Below, piece by piece: positions 10,245-20,725 of a stretch of DNA of 64,000 nucleotides. The DNA lies in NCBI GenBank assembly GCA_965219415.1, contig CBDCNP010000002.1, positions 3,520,001 to 3,584,000 on the forward strand. The letters run 5' to 3'. Made by a program: the position numbers and the translations under genes. A model generated the notes under the pieces. It had not been told where the DNA came from, did not search any database, and saw only the letters and a list, made by a program, of their open reading frames with translations. Numbering within the stretch: position 1 is the stretch's first letter; each line of letters opens with the position of its first letter. This DNA comes from Candidatus Marinacidobacterales bacterium. GTDB lineage: Bacteria; Acidobacteriota; Vicinamibacteria; Marinacidobacterales; DATDRI01.

Positions 10245-11012
10245 GTGAGCGAAAAGTCCGCAATCGAATGGACCGACTCAACGTGGAATCCAGTGACGGG
10301 CTGCACGAAGATCAGTCCCGGCTGCAAGCACTGCTACGCTGAGACCTTTGCCGAACGCTGGCGCGGGATTCCGGGCCATCCCTACAAGCAGGGATTCGAC
10401 CTGCGGCTGTGGCCAGATCGCATAGACATGCCTCTCATGTGGAAGAGGCCTCGCACGATCTTCGTGAACAGCATGAGCGACCTCTTCCACGAAAAGGTGC
10501 CTCTCCCGTTTATTCAGAGGGTGTTCGAAACGATGGAGAAGGCCTCCTGGCACACGTTTCAGATCCTAACAAAGCGCTCGAAAAGGCTGGCAGATCTCGC
10601 TCCCGATCTGAACTGGCCTCCCAACGTATGGATGGGCGTGTCGATTGAGACAGCCAAGTACCTGTGGCGAGCAGATCATCTTCGCCAGGTTGCGGCTACC
10701 GTGAAATTCCTGTCCTTGGAGCCTCTCTTGGGTCCGCTGGATACCATCGACCTATCCGGCATCCACTGGGTTATCGTAGGTGGAGAGAGCGGCCCTGGTG
10801 CTCGACCTATTGAAGCCATGTGGGTGAGGAAGATTCGGAAGCAATGCTGCGCAAACGGAGTGCCGTTCTTTTTCAAGCAGTGGGGCGGCGTGCGGAAGAA
10901 GCAAAATGGTCGGGTCCTAGGCGGGCGGACCTGGGATGAAATGCCGGCCCCACGCGAGACTCTTCCCGATAGCAGAAGGCCCTCTGTGTCTTTGGGCGGA
11001 GCTAAAAGGTAA
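10245..11012 (+). CDS. DUF5131 / phage Gp37-Gp68 family protein
   Basis: IEWTDSTWNPVTGCTKISPGCKHCYA, FVNSMSDLFHE, GGESG, FFFKQWGG. Confidence 0.92.
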   Translation: MSEKSAIEWTDSTWNPVTGCTKISPGCKHCYAETFAERWRGIPGHPYKQGFDLRLWPDRIDMPLMWKRPRTIFVNSMSDLFHEKVPLPFIQRVFETMEKASWHTFQILTKRSKRLADLAPDLNWPPNVWMGVSIETAKYLWRADHLRQVAATVKFLSLEPLLGPLDTIDLSGIHWVIVGGESGPGARPIEAMWVRKIRKQCCANGVPFFFKQWGGVRKKQNGRVLGGRTWDEMPAPRETLPDSRRPSVSLGGAKR

Positions 11013-11836
11013 TGGACAGGGATGACACGATCGGCGGTTGGTCTGTAGACAAGCTCAACCTCCTCCGAAAGTACCTCGAAGCCTATGTGACAGTTCTCAG
11101 GAACCAGAGCTGGTGCAAGGGCTACGAGTACATTGACGGCTTCGCTGGAACTGGAAAACCACAAACTCGGGATGAGCAGCAATACATCAACGGCTCCCCG
11201 CGCGTGGCCCTGGAGCTTCCTAATCCATTCACGAAATATCACTTCATCGAGAGTTCGAATTGGAGAATCAAGAAGCTGGAAAAGCTGCGGAAGGAGTTTC
11301 CGAGTCAACAGGTCGAGATCTACCCTGGTGACTGCAACGACGTGCTGCGGAGAAAGATTGTGCCTGACTTTCCGATGAAGAGTTTTAAGCGGGCACTCGC
11401 CTTCCTTGATCCTTTTGGAATGGAGCTAGAGTGGAGCACCCTCGAGGAAGTTGCCCGGGTTGAGACTATCGAGGTGTTCCTCAATTTCTCGGTCATGGCC
11501 ATCAACCGGAACGTGCGGCTGCGCCGGAAGGAGGACATCTCGCCCGCGGTGCGTGAGCAGATGGATCGCTTCTGGGGCACGGAATGGGAAGCAGAACTTT
11601 ACGAGGAAAAGCAGACGCTGTTTGGACCAGAGACCGTTAGAATAAAGCAGTCGGGCAAAGAGCTGGGAGAGCGATTCCAGAATCGTCTCCAGGAGATCTT
11701 TCCACACAGCACCGTGCCGGTGCTGATGACGAATAGCAAGAACGCCCCGCTGTACTGCCTCATTTTCGCTGGTCATAATCCGACGGGGGTGAAGATCGCC
11801 AACGACATCTTCGGCAAGTTCCTCAAGATGGGTTAG
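11012..11836 (+). CDS. tcmP: three-Cys-motif partner protein TcmP (SAM-dependent methyltransferase fold)
   Basis: WSVDKL, YIDGFAGTG, GDCN, FLDPFG; start overlaps the DUF5131 stop. Confidence 0.85.
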   Translation: MDRDDTIGGWSVDKLNLLRKYLEAYVTVLRNQSWCKGYEYIDGFAGTGKPQTRDEQQYINGSPRVALELPNPFTKYHFIESSNWRIKKLEKLRKEFPSQQVEIYPGDCNDVLRRKIVPDFPMKSFKRALAFLDPFGMELEWSTLEEVARVETIEVFLNFSVMAINRNVRLRRKEDISPAVREQMDRFWGTEWEAELYEEKQTLFGPETVRIKQSGKELGERFQNRLQEIFPHSTVPVLMTNSKNAPLYCLIFAGHNPTGVKIANDIFGKFLKMG

Positions 11837-12113
11837 AAAGAGCGTTGTCGTCCTGTGCCAAAACTCGGCCCTTTTGAAATAGACCACAAATCAGCAGCTT
11901 AGACGCCCTTGGAATCCGCGCAGAATCCAGGGCATTTCGCGCCGCAGGGCTGGCTTCCGACCCCTAGGCTGCGGGTGACGGGCGACAGGCCCACTGGGGT
12001 ACGCACGGCTGGCTGGCTCAAATCGGCTGCAGGACGAGCTGCAGGCCGCGAACTGCGCACCCGCGGAAGCGCCCATTGGACTGGACTTTACGGCGCAAAA
12101 GAGCGAACGTCCG

Positions 12114-12548
12114 GTGATGCCGCAGGATACAAGAGTTGGCCGGAGGGTCGTTCTGGACGGTTTGGACCTCGCCAGCCTGCGGCGGGCCTGGGAGCAGACC
12201 TTTGGGTCCGCTCCGCCAAGCTCGCTCTCACGCGCTCTCCAGCGCCGCGTTCTTGCGTACGAACGCCAATGCCGGACCCATGGGGGGCATTCGGCCGCAA
12301 CCCGACGCGCTCTGGCCGCCATGGCGAACGGCACACCAAAACACTCTGCTCCCGCAGGGTCCGTTTCTGCCGGCACCCATCTCGTCCGCGAGTGGAATGG
12401 CCGCACCTACCAGGTCGAGGTACTCGACAACGGCTATCGGTTCGACGGCAAAACCTACCCGTCCCTCACCACCATCACAAAGCGAATCACCGGCACACAC
12501 TGGTCAGGATCACGCTTTTTCGGTCTGACGCCCAAGCGCAAGGCCTGA
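12114..12548 (+). CDS. DUF2924 family protein
   Basis: GTHLVREWNG...Y.SLT..ITGTHWSGSRFFGL; directly upstream of a serine recombinase. Confidence 0.85.
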   Translation: MMPQDTRVGRRVVLDGLDLASLRRAWEQTFGSAPPSSLSRALQRRVLAYERQCRTHGGHSAATRRALAAMANGTPKHSAPAGSVSAGTHLVREWNGRTYQVEVLDNGYRFDGKTYPSLTTITKRITGTHWSGSRFFGLTPKRKA

Positions 12549-12549
12549 C

Positions 12550-14211
12550 ATGACGAAAATCCGCTGCGCCATCTATACCCGAAAGAGCGCTGAAGAGGGT
12601 CTCGAACAGGATTTCAACTCCCTCGATGCACAGCGGGAGGCCTGCACCGCATATGTCGCGAGCCACAAGGCGGAGGGCTGGGTGCTGCTGCCAACTGTCT
12701 ACGAGGACGCGGGGATCTCGGGAGGAACCCTGGAGCGTCCGGGCCTCCAGCGCTTGCTCGACGACATCGATGCCGATCTCGTCGAGCAGGTGGTGGTCTA
12801 CAAGGTCGACCGGCTGACCCGTTCCCTCTCCGACTTTGCAAAGCTCGTCGAGCGACTCGAGGCGGCCGGCGCGGTTTTCGTCTCGGTGACTCAGTCCTTC
12901 AACACCGCGACCAGCATGGGACGACTGACGCTGCATATGCTGCTGTCCTTCGCACAATTCGAGCGAGAAGTCACGGCCGAGCGGATCCGCGATAAGGTCG
13001 CTGCCTCCAAGCGCAAGGGACTATGGATGGGCGGCCGCGTACCGCTCGGCTATGAGAAGGACGAGCGCACGCTGCGCATCAACGAGGCTGAGGCCGAAAC
13101 GGTCCGGACGCTCTATGCGCTGTACCGGCAGCACGGAACGCTCCGGCAGGTGAAGGCCGACGCGGACCGTCTGGGACTGCGCACCAAACGACGCTTCGCC
13201 GCGGATGGAACCCTAACGGGCGGGCTGCCGTTTCGTCGCGGACACCTCCACTGCCTGCTGACCAATCCTCTCTACGCCGGCCGCATCCGGCACCAGAGGC
13301 GTGTCTACGAGGGCCAGCATCCATCGATCATTGCTCCGGAGCTCTGGGACGCGGTCCAAACGCAGCTGCAGGCAGGGGCTGCCAAACCAAGGAGACGCAC
13401 GACGAAGGGCCGTGCAACCCGTTCCCCACTGGCAGGCAAGCTCTTCGATGAGACCGGGGACCGGCTGACGCCGAGCCACACCAAAAAGAAAAACGGGCAA
13501 CGGCTCCGCTACTACGTCTCCCGGCGCCTCATCCAGCACAGTGGCCAAAAGGACTTCTCCGGCTGGCGACTGCCCGCCCCGATGCTCGAACAGACCGTCG
13601 TGCATCTCATCCGACAGCATGTGGATGCCACGACCTTCTCGGCCTCGTTGATCCACACTCCGACGATGCAAGAGCTCGCCTCGGTGCGTCGCTTTTTAGA
13701 CGGGCTGTGTTCCGGTAGTAATGATGATAGTACCTCGGCAGCCTGCCTGCTCCGTTTCATCCGGCGGGTCGATATCAGCCCAGGCTCTGTGTCCATCCTG
13801 CTCGACCGCAATACGTTCGCTGATTGCCTGTCTATGGGACCCGACCGCATTCGCGAGGACGCACTCCGCATCCACGCACCGTTCCGCTTGCGTCGACGCG
13901 GCGTCGAGACCAAGCTCGTTCTGGGCAACCCCACGAAATCCGTCGACCGCACACTCCTGCGCAATATCGCCAACGCCCTCTCCTGGCTCGACCGAATCAA
14001 AGCAGGCAAAACCTATGAGCAGATTGCCACCGAAGACGCCATCCCAACGGACCGCGTGCGCAAGGCAATCCGTTATGCATTCCTGGCTCCCGACATCGTC
14101 CGTGCCATTGTCGAAGGCCGTCAGCCCGTTGGGCTGACCTCGAGCTACCTCTTGCATCATCCACTCCCCGACGATTGGGAGAAACAGCGCGCCCTCATCG
14201 CAACGCTTTAA
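12550..14211 (+). CDS. large serine recombinase
   Basis: CAIYTRKS catalytic motif, VYKVDRLTRS, FAQFERE, GLWMGG and a recombinase domain. Confidence 0.93.
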   Translation: MTKIRCAIYTRKSAEEGLEQDFNSLDAQREACTAYVASHKAEGWVLLPTVYEDAGISGGTLERPGLQRLLDDIDADLVEQVVVYKVDRLTRSLSDFAKLVERLEAAGAVFVSVTQSFNTATSMGRLTLHMLLSFAQFEREVTAERIRDKVAASKRKGLWMGGRVPLGYEKDERTLRINEAEAETVRTLYALYRQHGTLRQVKADADRLGLRTKRRFAADGTLTGGLPFRRGHLHCLLTNPLYAGRIRHQRRVYEGQHPSIIAPELWDAVQTQLQAGAAKPRRRTTKGRATRSPLAGKLFDETGDRLTPSHTKKKNGQRLRYYVSRRLIQHSGQKDFSGWRLPAPMLEQTVVHLIRQHVDATTFSASLIHTPTMQELASVRRFLDGLCSGSNDDSTSAACLLRFIRRVDISPGSVSILLDRNTFADCLSMGPDRIREDALRIHAPFRLRRRGVETKLVLGNPTKSVDRTLLRNIANALSWLDRIKAGKTYEQIATEDAIPTDRVRKAIRYAFLAPDIVRAIVEGRQPVGLTSSYLLHHPLPDDWEKQRALIATL

Positions 14212-14872
14212 GGTAGACCACGCTGTAAGCGAACCCGCGGCGGCTGCCACGCTCGCTCTTGGTCTCCATCAGTCGGCGAACGGCATCGCCCCTTACTGAT
14301 GATGACATCGGCGGCGTGCGGGTCTTGAGTTCGTTTGTGTTTTTGGACACGACGGCGTCTTCTCACTAGCTGAGCGATTAGCGCTCGATTCGGCCCCGAA
14401 ATGCCCTCCAATTGCATTTTTATGACCTGTTTTGCACCGTTACTGCTTGTTTGCTGCCAAGAGCTGAATAGCTCCACTTGCTCCCACTTGAGCCTTACGA
14501 CTGCGATAGTCGGAAAGGTGTTCCCGTCAACGACGCGTCCATCGATAAGGCGTAAGAGCTTTTCACTACAATGATTTACGAGCGGAGTCTCCGTCGGAGG
14601 GTTTACAACACGGTCCTCTTACAGGCGTCAAGGAGGTTGAGATTGCCGTCTAGAAAATCGAATTTAATGTCAATTCGCAAATAAGCTCGAACGACCATCC
14701 GTCGATGAGGCGTGCGGGGACCAGCACGTGACGGATGGCTTTAAATCACTGTAGTACAAGAGGATAGAACGACGTAGGCACCAGGGCTTCTCTGAGTTTT
14801 CGCTACATTGGCCCACCACACGCGCGGCGAAAGGGCCATATTAGACTTGCAAAACTCGCAATACACCTTTTA

Positions 14873-15240
14873 CCGAGACCGGATAGCTCCGAACTGCACC
14901 ATCCGCCACCCAGTCTGGCCAATTGTGGCACTGCAGAGACGGGTGAGATTTTCCGCGCGGTTGGCGGGGTTTTGCAGGGGTAGGTGTCACCAGAGACGCG
15001 CTAGAAGGGCTGAACTGGCCTCATTTTCGGTATTCGTCTCTAATCTCGATTTTCGAGTGCCAAGTTTGCGCCAAATAGGGGTGGAGGCGCTGACCGGGCC
15101 GTGCGGCCGCCAAAAAGAGGCCACCCGAGGGGTCCAGAATCGAGGCCGGGGCTACCGGGGCGTAGCGGACTAGCACGTTCTGGTCCAGGTGCGCCTGAAC
15201 CTCCTTCATGTCCTTTGTTGTCTCGAATTGGGCCTCAACC
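14873..15240. repeat. dispersed repeat K, second diverged copy at about 32873-33240
   Basis: Shared GAGACCGGATAGCTCC.AACTGCACCATCCGCCACCCAGTCT...TAGCACGTTCTGGTCCAGGTG; resembles ends of DUF2924-recombinase elements. Confidence 0.7.
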
Positions 15241-15452
15241 AAGGTTCTGCACCTCCTGTGGTTCTTCCCCGGCGCACCGCCCGTGTACCCAGGTCACTAC
15301 TTGGCGTCTCGGTCTCGAATCCTGGTTTCCGAGGGGAGCGTTTGCACCGACGGAAGAGGTGGCGGCAAGAAACAGCCGAACATGGCAGGTCTAAACCGCG
15401 CAATCAACGCTGGATCGACTTTTTGCAGAGCACAGGCCAAGCGGCAGTGTCT

Positions 15453-17420
15453 TTAAACGCGGGTAAGCGCCATCGTCGAAATCCGCCGACCGGTGTCAGC
15501 AAAATGCTGGATTTCCTCGGGTTTGAGCGGGCGGTTGAGAATAGAGCGCTCACGGTAGGAGAGCCATTTCTTGAGAACCTGGTAGCCGCCCAGTTTGTAG
15601 CGCCAGACGGAAGCAGGGATGTTACGCCAGAAGGCGCGGGCATTGAGATACACGTCGAACGTCGTCTCACCAAGGGTGGCAACTGTCTCGCCCAAAGCGA
15701 CCAGCTCCTCCGGCGTGTAGGGACGCTCGACAACCCGGCCTTGGCCAGGCATCACGGCGTCGCCAATTCCGAAGTGTCCCCATCCTGCCGTCACCGAAAA
15801 ATCGTCGCCGGTCATGTTGTGTCCGTCCGTCGTTGTGGGTACGGCGATTGCGACAATCTCCGGCCGCAATGCGCCTTGCGTGACACCCGGGACGGGCGTC
15901 TCCGGATCGAGCAGCCGGGCGAGGTCCCGACCCTGCACCGCTGACGCGGCGAGCACCTCCGCCGCGCCCTCTGCCGCACCGTCCGGCCAACCTGGTAGCG
16001 GAATGCGCGGCCATTCCATGCGCAGTGCCCCGGCGTTCGCCTTGCGGTATGCAGGATCGTGCAGCACGGCCAGGACGTGATGGAACAGGTCTTCCACACC
16101 CATGCCGAGACGGTCGAGATAGCGCTGAACAGTTGCTGATATGTTGGGGCGGCGCACGCCATCGCCATCATTCCCTATACCGTCTTCACGGAGCCTCACC
16201 GGAATGCAAGTCGCGCCCCTGTCCATGAGATCGAGACAACCGATATGCGAAATCACCTGTGGAGGCGACCATTCCCTACGCGGTTTCTGCTGCGCGACCA
16301 GCCACCAATTTCCCTTGAACACATGGGGCCAGTAGTCTGCGCGCTTCTCGTCGAGCAGCTTCGTTTCCGACTCCCAATAGAGCCAGCGATTGTCGAAAGG
16401 CCGGTAGGTGAAACTGACAAAACCGTCTTCGGTCGGGCCGCCGCGCGCGAGCAGCGCATCGCGGATTGCTCGGGCATCAAACCGCGCCGTGGTCTTCATC
16501 ACGCTCGGATAGCGGCGCGCGATCTCTTCATGACTCACATCTGTATTGAAGTAATCGGCGATCCGCGCCTTGAGCCGGTCCAGATCGACGTCGACGAGAA
16601 ATCCGTCGCGGCTCGTCTTGACGCCAGGAAACGAGACCGGGAACAGATCGGGCAGCGCCGGCCAGTCGAACCAGTTCTTGCTCACGGCCATTGGCTTGAA
16701 CGGCAAGCCGAGTCGAAGATTGGGCTCTAATGCCGAATAGCCCGTATCGATCCCCAGGGTGTCGAGGCTGTCTAACATTGCTTGCCGTCTCTCGTCGCCT
16801 CTTGCCTGATGGAAATCGCGATATAGGATGCGTCCGCCTGTCGGTGTATCGGTGACAGTCCCCGACCTGGAAAGCAGCACCGCACGATGCGACAATACCC
16901 GACTAAGGTACTCGCCCAGACCCGCGCCCACGTCGTGAGCGAAGGCCCGCGGCTTTTCAAGACGGCGGTCGAACGCCTCGGCACTGTCAGCCAGCCGGAA
17001 CGTTTCCAGCTTCGAAGGACGGCCCGCCGCATCTATGCCCACTAGCACGAAGTCGCGCGTATTCGTCACCAGCACCAGCTGGTAGCGGCTCCAGTAGCGG
17101 CTTACCTGCTCGCCGTCTGCGGTCAGCCACGCATCATCTCCGACGCCCTTCACCTCGACCACGCCGCAGGCCGGTATCTGTCCCTCGCGCAGCCGGCCCT
17201 TCTGCACTTGCTTCGCCGCGTAGAGGCCGAAGTCGGGATGCCCCGCGCCCTGCTCCGCAAGCTCGCCGACGCAAAACACCTTTGGCCTGAGCGTCGCACC
17301 GATGGCATTGAGCAGGTTCGCGAGTGGCCCATAGCTCGACCGCTCCCCGGTCGAGCCGCCCGAAGCGCGCACCCGCCGGAGATCGGCGAAGTAGGTCTCG
17401 ACCGCCGCTGTCAGTTGCAA
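15453..17420 (-). pseudogene. type ISP/IIG restriction-modification protein with in-frame deletion of the methyltransferase domain
   Basis: N-terminal PDF...VEVK nuclease-like region and type ISP C-terminal domain (GVKTSRD, YRPFDNRWLY, YKLGGYQVLKKWLSYR); no DPxxGTG or NPPY motif. Confidence 0.75.
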
Positions 17421-17489
17421 TTGTGCAAACGCCTCAAATTTCCTATTCTCTTTTTCGATGGCTTACGCCGAAAATGGACGCGATTTTCG

Positions 17490-17722
17490 GGTGCTTCTGC
17501 CATCAAGTGTTGCTACGCCTCCAAAAGCATTTGAATACTAGTGTCAGTTAGCATGCGTGTGTCGGCGAACGCCATCGCGTCTAATTAAGGATGTCGGTGT
17601 GCCCACGAAGATGTCCTTGAACGTCAGGCACCGCGTGGTCAGCCCAGCCGGCATCGCCGAAATAACTGCGTCTCTCGAAATCAGGCTCAAACTCTAGCAC
17701 GCGAGCAGGTTGCGCGGCAGCC
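17490..17722 (+). mobile_element. MITE C (IS256-derived), right end clipped
   Basis: GGTGCTTCTGCCATCAAGTGTTGCTAC start; homologous to 61251-62941 and to pieces at 22728-22885, 32476-32603 and 54528-54703. Confidence 0.8.
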
Positions 17723-17998
17723 CGTCGTGTCCGAAATTCGAACTGAGTCGAAAGACCGAATCCTGGAGGCGTTCTCGAAATTCGCGGAGACCAGCCGACG
17801 CGGCACTAGGTCTTCGATAGGCGTTCCCGAGCAGAGCTCTCCTCTAGACCATTCGTTCCGTCCAGCTGGCGCGCCCGAACTCCTATGCCGCCGCGCGATG
17901 ATAATAGCGGAGCAAGCCGCCCAATCGCTTACGACATCGCACCTTCCCGTAGAGACTTCCGACGCGTTCTTCCGCTTCAAGCAACGCGTTCCCCAGCC
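17723..17998 (-). mobile_element. right end (type E) plus C-terminus of another rve transposase
   Basis: CGTCGTGTCCGAAATTCGAAC end; ...RKRLGGLLRYYHRAAA*; related to 8344 and 47453. Confidence 0.7.
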
Positions 17999-18054
17999 GG
18001 TGCTTCCGCCATCAAGTGATGGAATGGACTCCTCCACTGACATAGACGGCATCG

Positions 18055-19131
18055 ATGTGCCAAAGTCAGTCGAATACGCATCGAAAAGGAGGAGTCCGAA
18101 TGAAAGATACGACAATCGCTGTGGATCTTGCAAAGAACGTCTTCGAGATTGCCATCTCGGGAGAAGCGGGGAAGGTGTCCAAGCAACTCCGTGTGAGTCG
18201 ACCCAAATTGGTGTCGTTCTTTGCCAAACAGAGCGCTGCCACCGTGCTTCTCGAAGCCTGCGGCTCGGCTCACTTCTGGGCAAGGACGTTCCGAAGGTTG
18301 GGACACGACGTCGTCCTGCTCCCACCTCACCTCGTGAGGCCGTATCGACGCGGGAGCAAGAACGACCGCGCCGACACGAAGGCGTTGCTCGAGGCCTACA
18401 GGAACGAGGAGCTTCTTCCCGTACCCATCAAGTCCGTGCACCAGCACACCCTCGCTGCGCTCCATCGCCTGCGCTCAGGATGGCTCTCCACACGGACCGC
18501 ACGCATCAATGCCGTACGCGGGCTCCTGCGCGAACTCGGATTCATCATCCCAAAGGGCGCTCACTTCGTCGTGCCCGCCCTCTTCGAACTCGTCGAAGAC
18601 GCTGATTCTGATTTGCCCGACGTGCTCCGTTCGCATCTCCGTGATGCCTGCTCCGAGATTCGAGAACTCAAGGACAAGTGCGCTAGCATCGAGCACGAGC
18701 TCAAGGCGCTCACCAAGCAGCTTCCTGAAGTCCAACGACTTCTCGCCATTCCCGGCATCGGACTTCTGGCCGCGACCGCCATCGTGGGCTTCGTCGGCGA
18801 TCTTCGCCGCTTCCCATCGGGGCGCCGCTTCTCGAGCTACCTCGGCCTAGTTCCCAAGGAAAACTCCAGTGGCGACATTCGCCGCCTCGGACGCATCACC
18901 AAGCGTGGCGACTCCTACCTCCGTATGCTCCTCACCCAGGGCGGGCGCGCCGTGCTCCGCGCGGCGAACGTCAGCAAGAGCCCGCCCGACAAGCTCCGCG
19001 CCTGGGCTCGGAAGGTCCACCGCTCGCGGGGACACAACAAGGCCGTGATTGCTGTCGCCAACAAACTCGCCCGGATCGTCTGGGCCGTCTCCACCCGCGA
19101 GAGTGAATTCCAGTCGCCGGTGGCCGCTTAG
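18055..19131 (+). CDS. IS110-family DEDD recombinase/transposase
   Basis: AVDLAKNVF, LEACG, KNDRAD, GLVPKENSSG, KAVIAVANKLAR; probable start MKDT at 18100. Confidence 0.95.
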   Translation: MCQSQSNTHRKGGVRMKDTTIAVDLAKNVFEIAISGEAGKVSKQLRVSRPKLVSFFAKQSAATVLLEACGSAHFWARTFRRLGHDVVLLPPHLVRPYRRGSKNDRADTKALLEAYRNEELLPVPIKSVHQHTLAALHRLRSGWLSTRTARINAVRGLLRELGFIIPKGAHFVVPALFELVEDADSDLPDVLRSHLRDACSEIRELKDKCASIEHELKALTKQLPEVQRLLAIPGIGLLAATAIVGFVGDLRRFPSGRRFSSYLGLVPKENSSGDIRRLGRITKRGDSYLRMLLTQGGRAVLRAANVSKSPPDKLRAWARKVHRSRGHNKAVIAVANKLARIVWAVSTRESEFQSPVAA

Positions 19132-19169
19132 ATTTAGAGGCTCCACTTTCGTGTTTTCCTTTTTCCCTT

Positions 19170-19400
19170 CCAAAAGAGGCTGCGACGATACCCATCCAAC
19201 TGATGGCGTACCGGTCGGACCGGCGCGGGGTCAAGCCAATAGCAACACTGGCCCTAAGAGGTCGTTCAAAGTGATTGGCTCCTCGCGCGCGGATTTTCCA
19301 TCATGGCCCGGAGCACCCAAGACGCTCCTCACTGAGGCCGAAGATACGTTTGCAGTCTGACCCACTCGTCACGACGCGATGGATGCGCAGCTTCGATGGA
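19170..19400 (+). ncRNA. putative seekRNA/bridge RNA of the IS1111-type element (bounds approximate)
   Basis: 3' non-coding region with a stem (GCCAAT/ATTGGC) and TAGCAACACT complementary to the insertion target. Confidence 0.6.
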
Positions 19401-19579
19401 AGATTTATTAAGAAAGGGGCGTGACTAGAAAGAAAGGGGCTTGACTAGAGGAGTCCAGATATGTTGCTACACGGCTGCGGGCAGTGGTTCAGGTGCGGAA
19501 GAGACCGGGTTGCGCGCCCTACTGAGCAGGAAAACCTCGATCCGCGACCACAAAGGAATCGTCGTCGCCAAGAAGATGT

Positions 19580-20110
19580 CTCGAAGTGAAGCGGCCTATC
19601 GTAATAATGTAAGACCAAGCTCTTGGAAAGATTGATTTTCCTGAAACCAGTAACGTCGTTGAATTGAATAATGCCAATACTGTCAAGGTGACTTAGTTTC
19701 TCGAAATTAATCCCGTTTCTACTATAGATTTCTGCTTCAGAATCGAACACTAACGCCACCAAATCTCCATGTGTCCAGACGAATCCGCAGAACTTGGTGA
19801 ACAGCACGGCTTCGGTTTTATCGAGATCCGAAAGGAAATTGACAGTCCTCTTCGAGTAGGTCCCGGGAGAGTTCGCCTCGCCGGACAGAACACGCGACCA
19901 CAGCTCCTGCATCTCATTGTCAGACACGATCCGGGATTTTTCGAAGAAGTTGACGATCCAATCGTCTTCGATAAAATCGGGCTTCGCGTTTTCGTCCAAC
20001 TGAAGGCAGGGCTTTAGCGGCAATGTCTTCCATGTTCTTCTGGCGTTGCGCTTCCTCCTCGATCCATCGTCGCGCGGCTCGTCGATGCAGGTCAGTTATC
20101 TCAATTTCAG
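19580..20110 (-). pseudogene. DUF2806-family protein fragment
   Basis: EEAQRQKNMEDI, frameshift, DDWIVNFFEKSRIVSDNEMQELWSRVLSGEANSPGTYSKRT; truncated at both ends. Confidence 0.7.
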
Positions 20111-20159
20111 CATGATATTTCCGTTATCGGCAGTCAACAACGCGCAAAAGCCGTGACCC

Positions 20160-20307
20160 CGTCCTGTGCCAAAACTCGGCCCTTTTGAAATAGACCACAA
20201 ATCAGCAGCTTAGACGCCCTTGGAATCCGCGCAGAATCCAGGGTATTTCGCGCCGCAGGGCTGACTTCCGACCCATGGGGCTGGCGGATGAATAAATAGA
20301 AGGCACA
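20160..20307. mobile_element. MITE A short variant (148 bp)
   Basis: Both ends present; near-identical to 35606-35753 and 44178-44324; no TSD. Confidence 0.85.
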
Positions 20308-20538
20308 ACCTCGCCACGGCTTTTAGGTTTGACATTTTTCGGGGTTGTGCGGTAGGCTCCAATTCGTTGGCTCCTTGTTAGGCTTGGCTTCCTTGGCTAG
20401 GGGTTGACATGCTCAGCACACACACTCGATTCGCCACCGTCGACGAATTGATTGAGAGCCGCGAAAAGCCCGGCCCCTGCTGGGCTTTTCGTGTCTCTGC
20501 GTCACTTTCATAGTCGGAGCAATCCTGCCACCCGACCG

Positions 20539-20716
20539 CGTCCTGTGCCAAAACTCAGCCCTTTTGAAATAGCCCATAAATCAGCAACTTAGAGTCTGTG
20601 TTTGCGGCCGTGCCCAGGGCCGAGCGCGAACAGACGACGAAATCATGCCTGCATGGTGCTTGCAGATCGCAGACCAATCCAGTTCGGTGCCTGCGGATGA
20701 ATAAATAGAAGGCACA
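20539..20716. mobile_element. MITE A variant (178 bp)
   Basis: Both ends present; retains the start of its transposase gene (ATGATTTCGTCGTCTGTTCGCGCTC on the minus strand). Confidence 0.8.
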
Positions 20717-20725
20717 GCCAATCCT

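Larger units (their letters stand above)
18019..19463 (+). mobile_element. IS110-family (IS1111-type) element copy 1, 1445 bp
   Basis: Subterminal inverted repeats TGGACTCCTC / GAGGAGTCCA, TG core at both junctions, long 3' non-coding region; appears identical to 61271-62715. Confidence 0.9.

Noticed and set aside
14551-14580. CGTAA...TTACG palindrome as a dif/Xer site
   Set aside because: The arms do not match the XerC/XerD consensus and there is no supporting context.
14873-14920. tRNA gene at CCGAACTGCACCATCCGCCA
   Set aside because: Only faintly tRNA-like; no cloverleaf or complete T-arm and acceptor stem can be built.
19201-19208. TGATGGCG as a second guide complementary to the target CGCCATCA
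   Set aside because: It lies outside the stem-loop and resembles a motif I recall as common in IS1111 non-coding regions, so the match may be coincidental.
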